Of a stretch of DNA of 64,000 nucleotides, positions 22,967-35,935 are shown one piece after another. The stretch comes from Epiperipatus broadwayi. Taxonomy: Eukaryota > Animalia > Onychophora. The stretch lies in contig JAQFVV010000003.1 of the NCBI GenBank assembly GCA_028023455.1, positions 28,706,001-28,770,000 of the forward strand. Direction: 5' to 3'. The translations under genes were made by a program, and so were the position numbers. The stretch's first letter is position 1; every line of letters starts with the position of its first letter. The notes beneath the pieces are model-generated. The model was given only the letters and a program-made list of their open reading frames with translations. It ran no database searches and had not been told where the DNA came from.

Positions 22967-25954
22967 TTAAAATTTCTATGGTAAATAGCTAAATTGTGTT
23001 GCTACATAACACACTGATTTAAAAATGAGCTGCAGGCATAGCGTGAAAAGAGAACTACTCATTTCACAGGACAAATTATGTGTGTGTATAAATATAAATT
23101 AAGTTAAAATGTATTATATTTGATTTTGACACATTGTAAAATGTAATAAAATGTAGACTATTTACAGATCTCTGATGAAAACTGCAAATAAGCTGAAATA
23201 AAAAAATAAAAATTGCTTTTAAATGCACTAAAGAGAGGCACACTTTATTTTAACATAGAATTGAGCATTTATGAGAAATGGAGTTATTAATTCATATTTA
23301 ATTTTTACTGCAGCATTGTAAACTTATTTGAAATTTTGTTTTTAATATCTAAATTTTTTTGATATACAGTATTTTGTTATAACGATGAACTCTATATCAA
23401 TTTACATTGACCCATGATTAAAATAAAAGAATTTCACTCTGTTATTTTAGTAATAATTCAAATTGTTTTTTTTTTTTTACTGTTCATAGTATTTTCATGA
23501 ATACTTTTCCAATTTTCATTATGCAGTCTATCTTACACATCTGTAGATGAAGAAATATTGTAGCTAAGACACTTTTTTTTTAAAAAGATATTGTAACAGG
23601 CACACATGCTTTTACATTATTCCAATAAAAAAGATTAGAAATTAAAAATAAAAAGTTCGCAAATAAAAAGTTGTTTTTAAAAATTAAAAGTCATCTAAAC
23701 TCATATATATATAAAATCGCACATATGGAAAATTATTAAAAGAAAACGTTATTTAAAAAAAAGTATTTTAAAACTAAATTTTCAACCAAAACTTAAAGAT
23801 TTAAAAATAAAAATATATCTTTAAGAATGTACAAAATTTAATTACTATTGTGTAAAAGGCTAAAAAATGGAAATGATTATTTTTAATTAGTCTAAGTAAA
23901 CTAGCCCTTGGGTTTAGGAGATAAAAATAATAAGAACAGAATAACCAATAAAATCCCTCAGAAAATGGACCACAGTGAAAGAATCATCATCATCATGACA
24001 TCATGTTCAGTTAATCTGGAGGTTTGATATAAAAACAAAAATATTTGAAATAAGAGTCAGTTTTTGAAGTTTTCAGTTTGAGTTTGCAGCTTTGAGTTTT
24101 GGGGAGAGTTGAAGGAGAAAGGATTGAAAGACACTCTTTCAATCCCTTAAGTTTTTCCAAAAGAAGAAACGAAATATCATTTTCCTATATTGTGGATCCC
24201 AGAACATCAGGGTCCTGCAATAAAATCCTGCAAAGAACTATATCAGCTGCAGTAAAGGACCACCAGATAAATACCAACAGAACAGCTAACACCACACCGG
24301 TCTCCTCAGGACAACATGGGAATTAGAAAGAACACGGGATCCAAGTCACAAGCAATTATTAAGGATGGACTTTTAAACTGTAAGAACTATATATATATAT
24401 AATTCATGAACTTTAAATATAAAGATTTTCAATATTTAAATAGAAATATGAATTCCTATCTGACCAAATTAAATCATTAATAATTATTTTTATTATATAT
24501 ATTTTTAAAACATTTCCATTAATTAATTTTTTTTTCCTTTGAGTATTTATTATGAATTTTTTTTTTTATTAAGCTAAAACTTTTAAATCATGTTAAATTT
24601 AAGTTGGATGTGGATGGCTGCGTAGTTTCATAAAGTTATGTCAGTTTAAGGGAAGAGTAATCTCAGGTTATTTGTTTTGCAGTTAGATTGGGCTAATGGA
24701 TTGAAGGTATTGGTGTAATTAGTAAATGTAGTATGAAGATTTGCTATGTGCAAAATCACATTATACACTGCACTTGGGCAAAATAAGCCTATTTCTTATT
24801 GCCCATCGGAGACAGCAGTATTTCCTGCTCCTTGGATCACTCCTTTAGCCTATGGAATGGGATCGTAAGTTGGCAAAAGGGACCGCAATCCCTTCCTATG
24901 AAGTTTTTTTTTTGTATTGTTCTTCTCGCCAGACAGACATAGCATTCCTATACTGGACGAGGGACATTTCTTCTAAATAACCACGCTGTTCAGATGTACA
25001 TTTCTGACAGTAGAGTATTGTGCTGTCGTATTCATGCTGCATTGAATACATCGATATATTAAATAGATTGGCGTTAGTTTGACTACAAACTTTTGGCCTG
25101 GGTTTAAATAAGTGATATAGAATATTTTCTTTTTCGAGTGCAATCTATGTAGTCTATCCATACTCGACACTAATAAAATATTAATTAATCCATCTGTGCG
25201 AACTTCTAAAATAAAAAGTTAAAATGTAAATTAAATTAAATTCTAAAGTAAAGTTATACTAAAGTAAATAATTCTGAATTTTATATATGTGCAAAATAAA
25301 TGTTTCTGTGTATTGTTAATCTAGCAGTGGCTTATTTTATTTTTTTAATCTTATATATTATCTCAGCTGTTCCATGACTAGTGTCTGGGGCATTTCGGTC
25401 ATATTTATAAAAATTGGATCTTAACAGTATCTACCTACTATATAAATTTTCCAGGTTTGAATGGCCTGGTGGCGCTCTTGTACGGCAGATATGGTAAAAC
25501 TCCAATACACCCGACTTTTATAATATGTTCTTATATTTAAAGACCTTTTCTAGGGCAATTCTGTTCTATATTGATCTATGAGGAGTAATCCAAGGAGGCA
25601 AAACTATGCTAATTTTAAAGTTAGGTGATGTTTCTGATTTTGTAGACTTTGTATTTAGCTATAATTTTCATTGATAAGCAGAGAGAGCACTTTTAAGCAC
25701 TTAATTACTAAAATTTAGATGAGTGAGTGCATGAGTGAATGTACTTGCTAGCTTTCTCTGACTCTCCCTTCATAAATATATTTTGATATTTTTGTACAAA
25801 GTAAACATTTTCTGGCTTCCCTTAGATTTTAAATGTTAACAAAATTTTGATTTGATAATTTACAGCAGCAAATGTCTTTGCTTTTATCACAAACCCATGA
25901 CTAATTGAGTATGTAAGACTGGTTGAATAAGATCATGAAATGAAAATTACAGAT

Positions 25955-26110
25955 TTTCAATTATTATCAATTTATTACAGGATGAAAGTCTTTCCAAGTT
26001 TAATACAGTTATTTTCAATCCATAACTTCTTTTTACTTCACTCCAGAAAACTGCTTTATCTTATCCATCTATCTCACATGATTTTTTTCTAAGTCTTTTA
26101 TAATCTTTTG
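25955..26110 (-). mobile_element. Degenerate RTE-clade LINE 3' fragment
   Basis: Minus strand reads FLNWIPKDYKRLRKK, matching ILNWIPRDCKRPRKR in the better-preserved copies. Confidence 0.6.
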
Positions 26111-29100
26111 GGATCCAGTTTAAGAATTGTTTTATATTGATAATATCTGCATTTCTGATAACAGGTGAGAGAGAATTTATAATCTTGTTTTTAAAGTTTT
26201 TTAACTATCCACTAATTAAACATAAATTTTTAATATGAATAATTTAATTATAATCTTCTGCATTAAATCATTTTTAAATCTATGTGATCATTGTACCAAT
26301 CAAGGATAGTCATCTTGTTACCTGTGAATTGATAGATATGGTAAATTACCAATCTTAGTCTAATGAGGATTATCAATTTCTAATTTAAACAGTTTTCTTT
26401 AAAATACTTTGTATATTTTAACACTTCTTGTTTATGTAGTTGGATAGAGAAGCTTTTCCTAACTGGAATTAATTTAAAAAGATTTGTCTATGGCCAATGT
26501 GATTCACATTTATTGGTTCATCAATAATTTTATTGGAATACATAAATATCAGTAAAATGGAATAAGAAGAAAGGGTAATGGAATTTGCAAAATGAAAAGC
26601 ATGGAAGTTAAAATTTAATATTACAGTATATATTTTCTTTTTATTAATAAATTATTTCTTTTGTTTAATAATATAATACTCCTTTTTATTTTTTAATATC
26701 TTTTATTAAAATTATATATTTTGTTAATAATTTTTTTATTAATAAAATATTTATTTTGTTTAATAATAATTTTCTAATATCTTTATGTTATTTATTCAAA
26801 GGATTTTATTTAAAATATCACATATAAATAAAATGGTTAATCAGGAAATATGTATTTTTGTTTTGTTTATGATTGATTAGTTGATCATTTTATATGGCTT
26901 AATTTATTAATACTAAATAGAAAACATTTAACTTATTCATTATAAATTTTTATCATGGTACATATGGTTTAACTAAGCCTACTTATTTTGATGTTACATA
27001 ATATTAAAATGGTCAGCAGAATACTTTACTAATTTTAGTAAGAAAGTCAATAGATCAAAAACATGTAAATAAACTGGCTTTCAGAAAAGTAGAAATATGA
27101 CTTCTTAATTAGATTATCAGTTATGTTTTAGGAGTGTTCCCAACTATTTCCCCATTCAGGATAAAAACTATTATTATATAAATAATTCATAACTTAAAAT
27201 GAAATTATCTTTGTTAAATCTAAAAAACTTTATATTTGCATGCACATAATCATTTATTTATTTGTTGAAATTATAATTTATCATCATTAATATCTTATTA
27301 TAAATTTGAGTACCAGTGCACAGTTAGCCATGATCCATGAGCTCTGAGGCCTAGAAATCTAACATTCTACATAGGCAATATCTGATTGTTAAATCAATTG
27401 AATTATTTATATGTGTAATGGTTTTGACACATACATATAGAAAAAAAAACTAACTAAAGAAAAAATATATAAAGATAGGAGGTATTTTTTAGCTCATTAA
27501 TATTTCAGCATGAACTGGCTTTGTTAGTTTAGTGATTACACACTTAAAAATGATCGCTATGATTATATAAAAAATCTTGATCTACTCCGGCTGCATTTTC
27601 ACTATTACAACAAACTGTCCCTTCAAGTGTAGAAGTGGATAAGACCAACGACAACTATAACCAGACTGAAGCTATATAAAGTATAACCTGCAACCACATT
27701 TCCAGGCTATAGAACTTCTCGGCTGCTAAATTTAAACCCCTGCCATCCAAAGCATTTTTATTAGTTTTGAGGTAAAACCTTAGCGCCAGCTAGTCATAAG
27801 TTATATAATCAGCATGCTCAGACAACAGGTATATAATTTAGCACTTGATCTATCCCAAGCTAGCTCTTTTATCTAATTGTTGGAAAACAAACTGACACCT
27901 TGCTTAATGCTTATACTTAACTATAAATTATCTATTAGTGGCGCAATTATAAAAGAGAACTGACAAAACACTAATTAGCAAACAAACAATTTATTTAAAT
28001 ACATTTCTAATTAAAAGGATGATAATAAAGAGTATTATAATAAAACAAATTTATTTAAAAACACTTCTAGTTAAAATATATGATAATAAAGAATATTATA
28101 ATTAAAGAACATTATAAGTTTAAACACGTGCACATGCATTATAATATATTATAATAAGAATTCAATAATCATTGTAAAGCTTTACACATATTAAAAATAC
28201 ATTATGAAAAAATTTAAATATGCACATACATATGAAGGTTTAACTCTGTGTAATAACTTATGGGAGATGCTTAAAGATTGCTATGGCTGTGGCTATTATA
28301 GTTCAACAAAGTATTTTATTCGAACATGATTCAGTTTATAAATGGAATAAAGTTCATAGTTACCTAGGATTTTTGGCGTATTGCACTTTACACTCCGAGA
28401 GACATGACTCCTCACTTTCTCCTGCTATATTGATCACCAACCAGTTGGGTTTTGGACTCTATTAATAGTTTTGTTCCTTGCTGACTTTCCATGTTCAATG
28501 AAAGAAAGAGATATTCTTTGAATTTTCAGATCATAAGATAGGCATGATTTCTAGATGGAGAACTTCTGCTGTTCTAGAGGACCGGGACTGAAAACTGGGG
28601 TCATACTTCAAGGACTGTCTAGCACTGCATGATGCTAGGTGATTTTTCGGTGAATGTGAATACACATGCTCACATGCTGAAGATTTCAATGGCCTTCACT
28701 GTCTTCTCTTCTTTGGAAATTCTTACATGGTAGCAATAATGAATACAATGGTACTATATAGTGAATCTTAATAATAATGAATGTATTTGCCGGTCCTTTT
28801 ATACTTTTCCTCCTTATTGTTTTTTTAGTTATCACTCCGATCTGATTTAATTCATTTACAATTTGTTAATCAATTTTCCATTATGCTTTAATCTGCATTT
28901 TTGCTTAGATTAATCTAGCATTCTGATAAGATACAGTTCTGAATCCTTTTTCTTTGTCTCTTCAATTAATGTAATCAGAGTTATTATTTCCTTTCTTTTA
29001 TTTATTAGCCAAATAATCTTTAAGTAGATTTAAGTTTACAAGCTTTCTTTTTATTTTTTAATTCAAGTTTCATTTTTATATTTTATTTTTTTAAATAAAC

Positions 29101-29161
29101 AAAAAAAGAGCAAACTTAGTTAATCCCCCCTCCCCTTCTTTTCCTAATTGCTCTTTAAGTA

Positions 29162-30566
29162 CACCCGGGTTTCATTTTATGTGGATTTATTTAATGCGAT
29201 TTTGAAGTTATGCAATTCATGTTTCTTCTTAATATCTTTGTATGTGGTTTTCATTTATGTAATAAAAATTATTAGATCAGAAGTCGAGCTCCTATAGTGC
29301 ACTATTACTTTAAATATAAATTTCACGCACTCGTGTCATATTTAAAGTAATAGCGCATTATGGGAGTTCGACTTCCTTCTAATAATTTCAATATATTCAG
29401 CGCTTTATAATAGTACTGTAATAGATTTTATGCAATAAAGAAGTTCATAATTCACTTAAAATCAGGATTTCCCCCATTTTATATACACACATTAAATTTT
29501 ACAAGATTATGTAAATCTGTTCAAACATTATAGATGCCTATACTATGTATAGTATACTACATATGTTGTTGTTTTTGCATTGTAAATCACATTCTATTTT
29601 TGCTTTTTAAAAAAGTATGTAATCAATTAATCATTTAGTGTATGCAACTAATAAATTTTACAAGATTATAATCTAAATCTGTTCAAACGTTTTAGATGCC
29701 TATACTATGTATGTTGTTTTTGCATTTTAAATTACGTTCTATTTTTGCTTTTTAAAAAAAGAGTAACAGCATTAGGAACAATTAAATTTGACAATTAAAA
29801 TCTGATTTTTAATTGTAATTAACAATTTAAAAATTACGTAACATGATCTGAAATTAATATGATGTGAAACTAAATTTTTTTTTTAAACCAAGTTGAAAGT
29901 TAAAGACAAAAATAAGAATTTAATTTTTAATTGTTAGTTTTAATTAAATTTTGTCCAACAGTGGTGAATCGGTGTCTTTTTATTATCGTAAGTCTAAGTT
30001 CTTATTTTTATTTTAAACTGGAGAGGGAAAAACATCCAAGAAAATGAATTTCTTCGGAAACAAAAATTTCAATTTTAGATCGCTTAGCGAAATGGGAAGG
30101 ATCAATAGCGATTGGAAAACATTTTAGTTTGGGCGAATCCACTATAAGACCAATTTAAAAAAATGAAGTTGGCGCTAATTGTATTTCCTCTTGTGATGAG
30201 TGTGATGTTTCAAATAGTGATAATGATTAAAATACCATACATGTATGAAAAAAAATGTAAATTATGCATAAAAATATTATGTTTTGAATAAAATTACATA
30301 CTGTAGTTAATAAAAAAAAGTAAAAAAAAGTTTGTCTTGTATCAATTTTTTTCAAATTTGAAATTTTTTATTTGTCATATTTTATTTTCTTATTTTTTAT
30401 TTATGTGAATTTTAAAGTAATTTTATGTTGTTGCTTTGCTTTTATGCAATTTTTGGAAAATTACAGTACGTATCCCCCATTTTTCAAGGTAAGTCTATTT
30501 TTGTGCGATTTCTTTTGTGCATGTTTTCTGAGGAACCTATCTACCGCATAAAATGAGACCCAGGTG
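29162..30566 (+). mobile_element. Non-autonomous Tc1/mariner-superfamily (pogo/Tigger-like) DNA transposon
   Basis: TIRs CACCCGGGTTTCATTTTATGTGG and CCGCATAAAATGAGACCCAGGTG, each flanked by TA. An internal relic at ~30048-30168 reads ISSETKISILDRLAKWEGSIAIGKHFSLGESTIRPI*KNE (CENP-B/Tigger N-terminal HTH). Confidence 0.85.
29268..29386 (+). repeat. 119-nt hairpin with ~49-bp arms inside the Tigger-like element
   Basis: attattaga..gaagtcgagctcctatagtgcactattactttaaatat pairs with atatttaaagtaatagcgcattatgggagttcgacttc..tctaataat. It has 3 G-U pairs, 1 A-C mismatch and 1 small internal loop. Confidence 0.85.
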
Positions 30567-30842
30567 TATTAAAATTTTTTTTCTAAATAACAAGATGATG
30601 CAATGCTTTATCTTTTGGCGATTTGCTTTTCTTTAAAAAAATCTCTTTAAGCATTTTAGGACTAATATTTCTTTTATTAAAACTTTATTTATTTCTATTG
30701 TAAAATTTAATCTGATTCTTTACTAATACATGATTCCGCAGTATTTTTATTTTTTAAAATTTCAATTTAAAATCTTAACCATAATTTTTTAAAAAAAAAT
30801 TATGAAACATGTAGCGCTATTCACTAGTGGTACAATATATAG

Positions 30843-30874
30843 TGTAACAGGAACTGAGTTCAAATCCTGTTACA
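30843..30874 (+). other. 10-bp stem enclosing a Pol III B-box-like motif (possible tRNA-SINE head relic)
   Basis: TGTAACAGGA-ACTGAGTTCAAA-TCCTGTTACA contains GTTCAAATCC. Confidence 0.35.
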
Positions 30875-33800
30875 AAAGAAGAGAAAGTGGGTAGGTTTTA
30901 TAATAATTTTTTTATTATTTTATTGTTTGGTTTATTTATTGGAAAGGTCACAGACAAGCGCTTATGTATTTATTGAGGTAATAAAGAATGACGGTAGTTA
31001 TGGGTTAATATTTTTATTTGGAATACGTGTGTATAGATAAATTTGTTTTAAAAGAAAAATAAAATAAAAAAATTTAAAGCATGTAAAAAGTTCCTTTTTA
31101 CAGTTATGATTTCATGAATTAATTAGCTAAAGGTTTCTGTAATTGTTCTAGAAACAGATGGGACTAATTAATGGCTATCTTGTTCTAGCTTAATGGATTG
31201 GATTGCTTCAAATATTCGGACTTTGTTTAAATAATTTTTAATTAAGGAAAGGAAACACAGGGATGTGGAATGCCCATTATAAATCAAATTCTTTTCGACT
31301 GCCTTTGTCCAAATTTAGATTAAACAAAAAAAAAAGTATTTCTAAAAAGTTCAAAAAGAAAAAAGTAAAAGGATCGATGTTGCTTAGTGATTTTTCTTTT
31401 GTTTATGCATTTTTTGTCAAAATATATTTTTGGAACAAAGAAAAAATGCCAGAGATAATGAAAAGGAAATTTGATTATATTATTGATTAATCGACTGAGG
31501 AGCAAGCAATATGCTTAAAAATCTGTCAATGGACATATGAACAGAAAATAAATAAATTTGGCAGTAAAAGTAAAAAAAGACATGAAATAAACTGTCATTA
31601 CCACCTTCATTGCTGGACAGAATTTGTGAAATGGAAAATAAAACTTTAAAGGACAACTCCATGGACCATATGGGGTAAATTTATAATCATGCTAGAGTCT
31701 ACATTCGGACTCCAGCTCTCTTTGCCATCTATGCCATAAAAGCCATTAGGATATTCATCACCCTAAGCATACTACTTGTCATCTGAAGCCAAAACCAATG
31801 GATCTAGTGCATGACATACGCCATCCCTGGAAATTATATAAAAATAAATCAAAAGAAATATGTTATTCGAAGATAGACTCAATAATTGGAATGCCCAATA
31901 CAATAGATGGATGCCAAGTTTTTCCCATGCTAATCCTGGGATTAAAGGTAACGAGTACACTCAGAAACATACCTATAGGTTGCTGATTCCTGAAAGCCGG
32001 TAAATATAGATTTTGTCTCATTTTCAATTTTTAAATACAATCCAGTCAAGATGTGTATTACTAAAACTTTTATGTGTGTATTATTTTGTTTATTGCTCTT
32101 TAATTGTAATTTTCTATAAAATACTAACACTGTTTAATTGCATACATGATTTATGCCATTTTATTTCTTGTTAAAATATTAATAGATTACCCATTAAACC
32201 ATTAATTCATTTTTTTTATTATATGTATTACACAATTTCTTATATATTTTAGCATTAACTTAGTAGTACATTAGTGTATGTGTTGGTGTATCTCCAATAG
32301 ATATTTAAAGTAAAAAAAAGTGAGATAGAAAGGTGTAAGAGTATTTTAAGAGTTTCATTTCAGATTCTAGTGGGAATTAAGATAAATAAAAATTCCGAAA
32401 GAATATTTAGTTTGAAAGTTAATTTTCTCTCCATTTCTTCTATGGAATATTGTGCTACTTCCCCTGAGCACGCGTTAGCTTTAATTAAGATAGGCATAAG
32501 TTTAAAAAGGCTGAGTTAGACAAATTATTAGTAGACCCTACAATTCTTGCTAATAAGCAAGATTGGCGCTTATTAATGGACACACAAAAAAACAAGGGCC
32601 GTTGTTCATAAACATAGAAGTCTAGTCGGTTCTTTCTCTAACCTTTTGAATGACCCACTACCAGGGAAAACTTCATTAAAAAGGAGGAATGACTCAGAAT
32701 ATGGAAAACTTCATATGGAAAGGGCCGTTTAATAAGACACAATGTAAATATATAAAATCACTCTCTGGAAAGAAAAAGTATTATTAGTTCAGGTTAAGAT
32801 AATTTTCTAACTACAGCTATATCTAAATTCAAATAAATAAAGGTCAGAAGTAGTATATAGAGGTAAAAATCCTCAGCAACCGTTACAATATATATGTGTT
32901 TTGGGAAATTTTTTTTCATGTTAATTTCAGAATAATCTAGTTATTAAATAAGAATTTAGTTATGTTAAATTTAATAAAAGATTTACATGAAGTGATTATA
33001 TGACACATTTAATACATTTTTATAATATAAAAATGTAATTTATATTAGATATAGCTGTAAAAGAAAAAAAAGTATAATTTTTTTTTCTTGGGTAGTTCCA
33101 TTTATTTTATTAAAAAATGTAAGATGGGATTAGGATTTTTAATAAATTGATTAAAAACAAGAAAAGATTGGGATTTTTATTTCTGAAGAAAGGGAGTTTG
33201 TTTTTCAATTAGTGTATAAATTAATTTATTTTGAGGTGGTCATGTGATTGAATGGAAGATTGATATCACAATTGTTTTTTTAAAAACAGTAGGTTGTTGC
33301 CATTAAAATTTACTATAGTGTTGAAGTTAGAAGTCAGAAGCTCAGCATTGAAGTCTGATGCTAAATTGATCCCACTTTTTGTTAAGAAATGTTTTCAAAG
33401 CAATATAATATGGTGTTTATAAGAATTAGGTGCTGCATACATTAAAAGCTGATCATTACTGATCTACCTACACAACCAATCTTTTCAAAAGGAATGTAGA
33501 AGGAAAATATTACTGAAACTTTCAACTAATCTTATGTATTGATCCATTCAAAATTATTCCAACTCATCTTATGATAACCTGAAATGAAAATAATTGTTAA
33601 ATTGGAAACCTGGAACTAGAAAAATAAAATGTTCAATAGATTAATAATGATCAGGAAAACTATTATAAAAAAGAAAAAAAACCTAGAACCAAACAGTTGA
33701 CAATATTACTATTTGCAAGATGTACCAGAAGAGACACTCAACTAGGCAACTACAAAAGGGCAAAAAAATCCATGGTAAAATGAGGTATTATAGGGTGTAC

Positions 33801-34379
33801 ATCTAACATATTTAAAAATGTTACTTTTTATAGAAAGTAATAATTGAAAATATTGTATATTTTTAAATTTTTGTTGAAAATACAACCTCATCCAAAGAAA
33901 AGGGAGAGAGAGGTTCAAGTTAAAATTATTTTCTTTCTTTATTGTAAAATATTTTTTAGAATTTGATCATTTAAATTAAATGTTAATTAATTAAGAATTA
34001 GAAGGGAATATGTATATGTTATATGAAATTGTATATTGCAAGAATAGGATTGATCAATATAAGTATTAACTTTGAGTTTATCATAATATCATTTATAATT
34101 TTTTTTATTCTTTTGTTTATTAGTTAATTTTATTAAATAATTTCTGAAATTATTTTTTTTGATGTGTTTATTTGTCTTGTTATCTGTTGTGAATTACCTG
34201 TAGATGAAACTGATTTCATCATAGACTTGAGCTTTAAGGGATTTATGTCATTTCAATAAAATTATTTACTAATAGAATGAATTATGTGTATATTTTTTTA
34301 TTCATAATCCCTAGGGTCTTTGTGATCCCAAAGCTAATTTAGGCATAATTGTATTTGCAATATATATATATATTAATAG

Positions 34380-35030
34380 TATTATTTCCAGGAGCTTCAG
34401 TGTAATAAAAATATAATAGCTAAATAGCTGGCATTTCAACAAGTGCTTTCCTCAGAGCTTTTTTCTCAAATCATAAGGTGTGTGATGAGATTTAAAATTA
34501 TTTTTTTTATATTTTCTCCTCATTCTTAAATTCTCTTTGTTGAGAAGTTTTACAAAATATTTTATCCTCCAATAGCTTTTTCCAAATATTGTTAATTTTC
34601 TTAAATTCACACACTCATGTATGCCCTTAGACCTTTTAAAAATCTCTATAGTTTCCCTTAGCAATCTCTGAACATATTATTCAATTTTTGCCAGAATATG
34701 TGTTTTATTAAAATTGATGTCATTATTTAATTTTATATGTGAATAAATGGCTGTTGAGTTAGATTTTTCTCCAACTGCCAAAATGTGTTCTTCCCTTCTT
34801 AGATTTATTCTATGATTGATCTGTTCAATGTATGAATGTAAACAAACTTTGCATGGAATTTCATATACACCATGAGACTCAAAAGGAATTTTATCTTTAG
34901 GGTGTGAAAATACTTCATTAATTTTTTTAAATGTAATACAAATTGTGTGGAAATTGTGTATATATTATTTTTCTTTAAAACATTACCAATTTTATATACT
35001 TCCATTCTTAGATGTTTTAATTGAAAGGAT
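34380..35030 (-). mobile_element. Penelope-like element 3' relic (linker + GIY-YIG endonuclease + terminal repeat)
   Basis: Minus-strand pieces KIGNVLKKNNI, FVYIHTLNRSI, NFNKTHILAKIE*YVQRLLRETIEIFK are typical PLE endonuclease-region sequence. It is the reverse complement of 35250-35935 and has a decayed hammerhead at 34426-34459. Confidence 0.8.
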
Positions 35031-35039
35031 CTTTTTTTA

Positions 35040-35935
35040 TTCCATAGTATTTATAGAAAGCAAACGCAAACAGAGATATCTACATATGTTTTCTCATCAC
35101 TATCCAGCACAAATTGTTAGATAGAACTAAGAAACTTTCTGATGACAGCCATTTTTACCAAGATATCTATGCTACTAAAAACATGCTTTTTCATAATGGT
35201 TTTGATCACAGGATTATTAATAGGGCTTTTTTTTATGTAATATGAAAAAAGATTTTGTTAGTTCAAAAATTAAGATTGTTCTGCCACATATAAAGGGAGT
35301 AACTGATAAAATTGGTATTGTTTTAATGAAAAACAATATCCACACAATTTATATTACATTTAAAAAAATTAATGAAGTATTTCCACGCCCTAAAGATAAA
35401 ATTTCTTTTGAGTCTCATAGTGAAAATATGAAATTCCATGAGAAGTTTGTTTACATTCATACATTGGACAGATCAGTTGTAGAATAAACATAAACAAGGA
35501 AGAACACATTTTGGCAATTAGGGAAAAATTGATTCATCAACTATTTATTTATTCACACATTAAATTAACAAGCCATATATCAATTTTAATAAGAGACATA
35601 TTCTGGCAAAAATTGAACAATATGACCAGAGGTTGCTAAGGGAAGCTATAGAGATTTTTAAAAGATCTATGAGCTTAAATGAAAAGTGCGAATTAAAGAA
35701 AATTAACATTATTTTGAAAAAGCTATTAGAGGATAAAATATTTTTTAAAACTTCTCAACCAATAGAATTTAAGAATGAGGAGAAAATAACAAAAGAAAAA
35801 ATAATGATTTTAAATCTTAACACACACATTCTTATGATTTGAGAAAGAAGTAGCTCTGAGGAAAATACTTGTTATTGTACTGAATTTAGCTATTATATTT
35901 TTGTTACAAAGAAGCTCCTGGAAATAATGCTATGA
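35040..35935 (+). mobile_element. Penelope-like element 3' relic (RT thumb + GIY-YIG), head-to-head with the previous copy
   Basis: RYLHMFSHHYPAQ; LDRTKKLSDDSHFYQDIYATKNMLFHNGF; IVLPHIKGVTDKIG; FPRPKDK; QRLLREAIEIFK. A decayed GCTCTGAGGA motif lies at ~35853. Confidence 0.85.

Noticed and set aside
23173-23200. CTGATGA...GAAA spacing suggestive of another hammerhead
   Set aside because: There is no convincing stem II, no UH site and no stem I.
27560-28720. Possible minus-strand CR1/L2-like LINE relics
   Set aside because: Only faint motif resemblance across many frameshifts, not supportable without a profile search.
31494-31535. CTGAGGA followed by an AAGC/GCTT hairpin
   Set aside because: There is no GAAA after the hairpin and no helix III.
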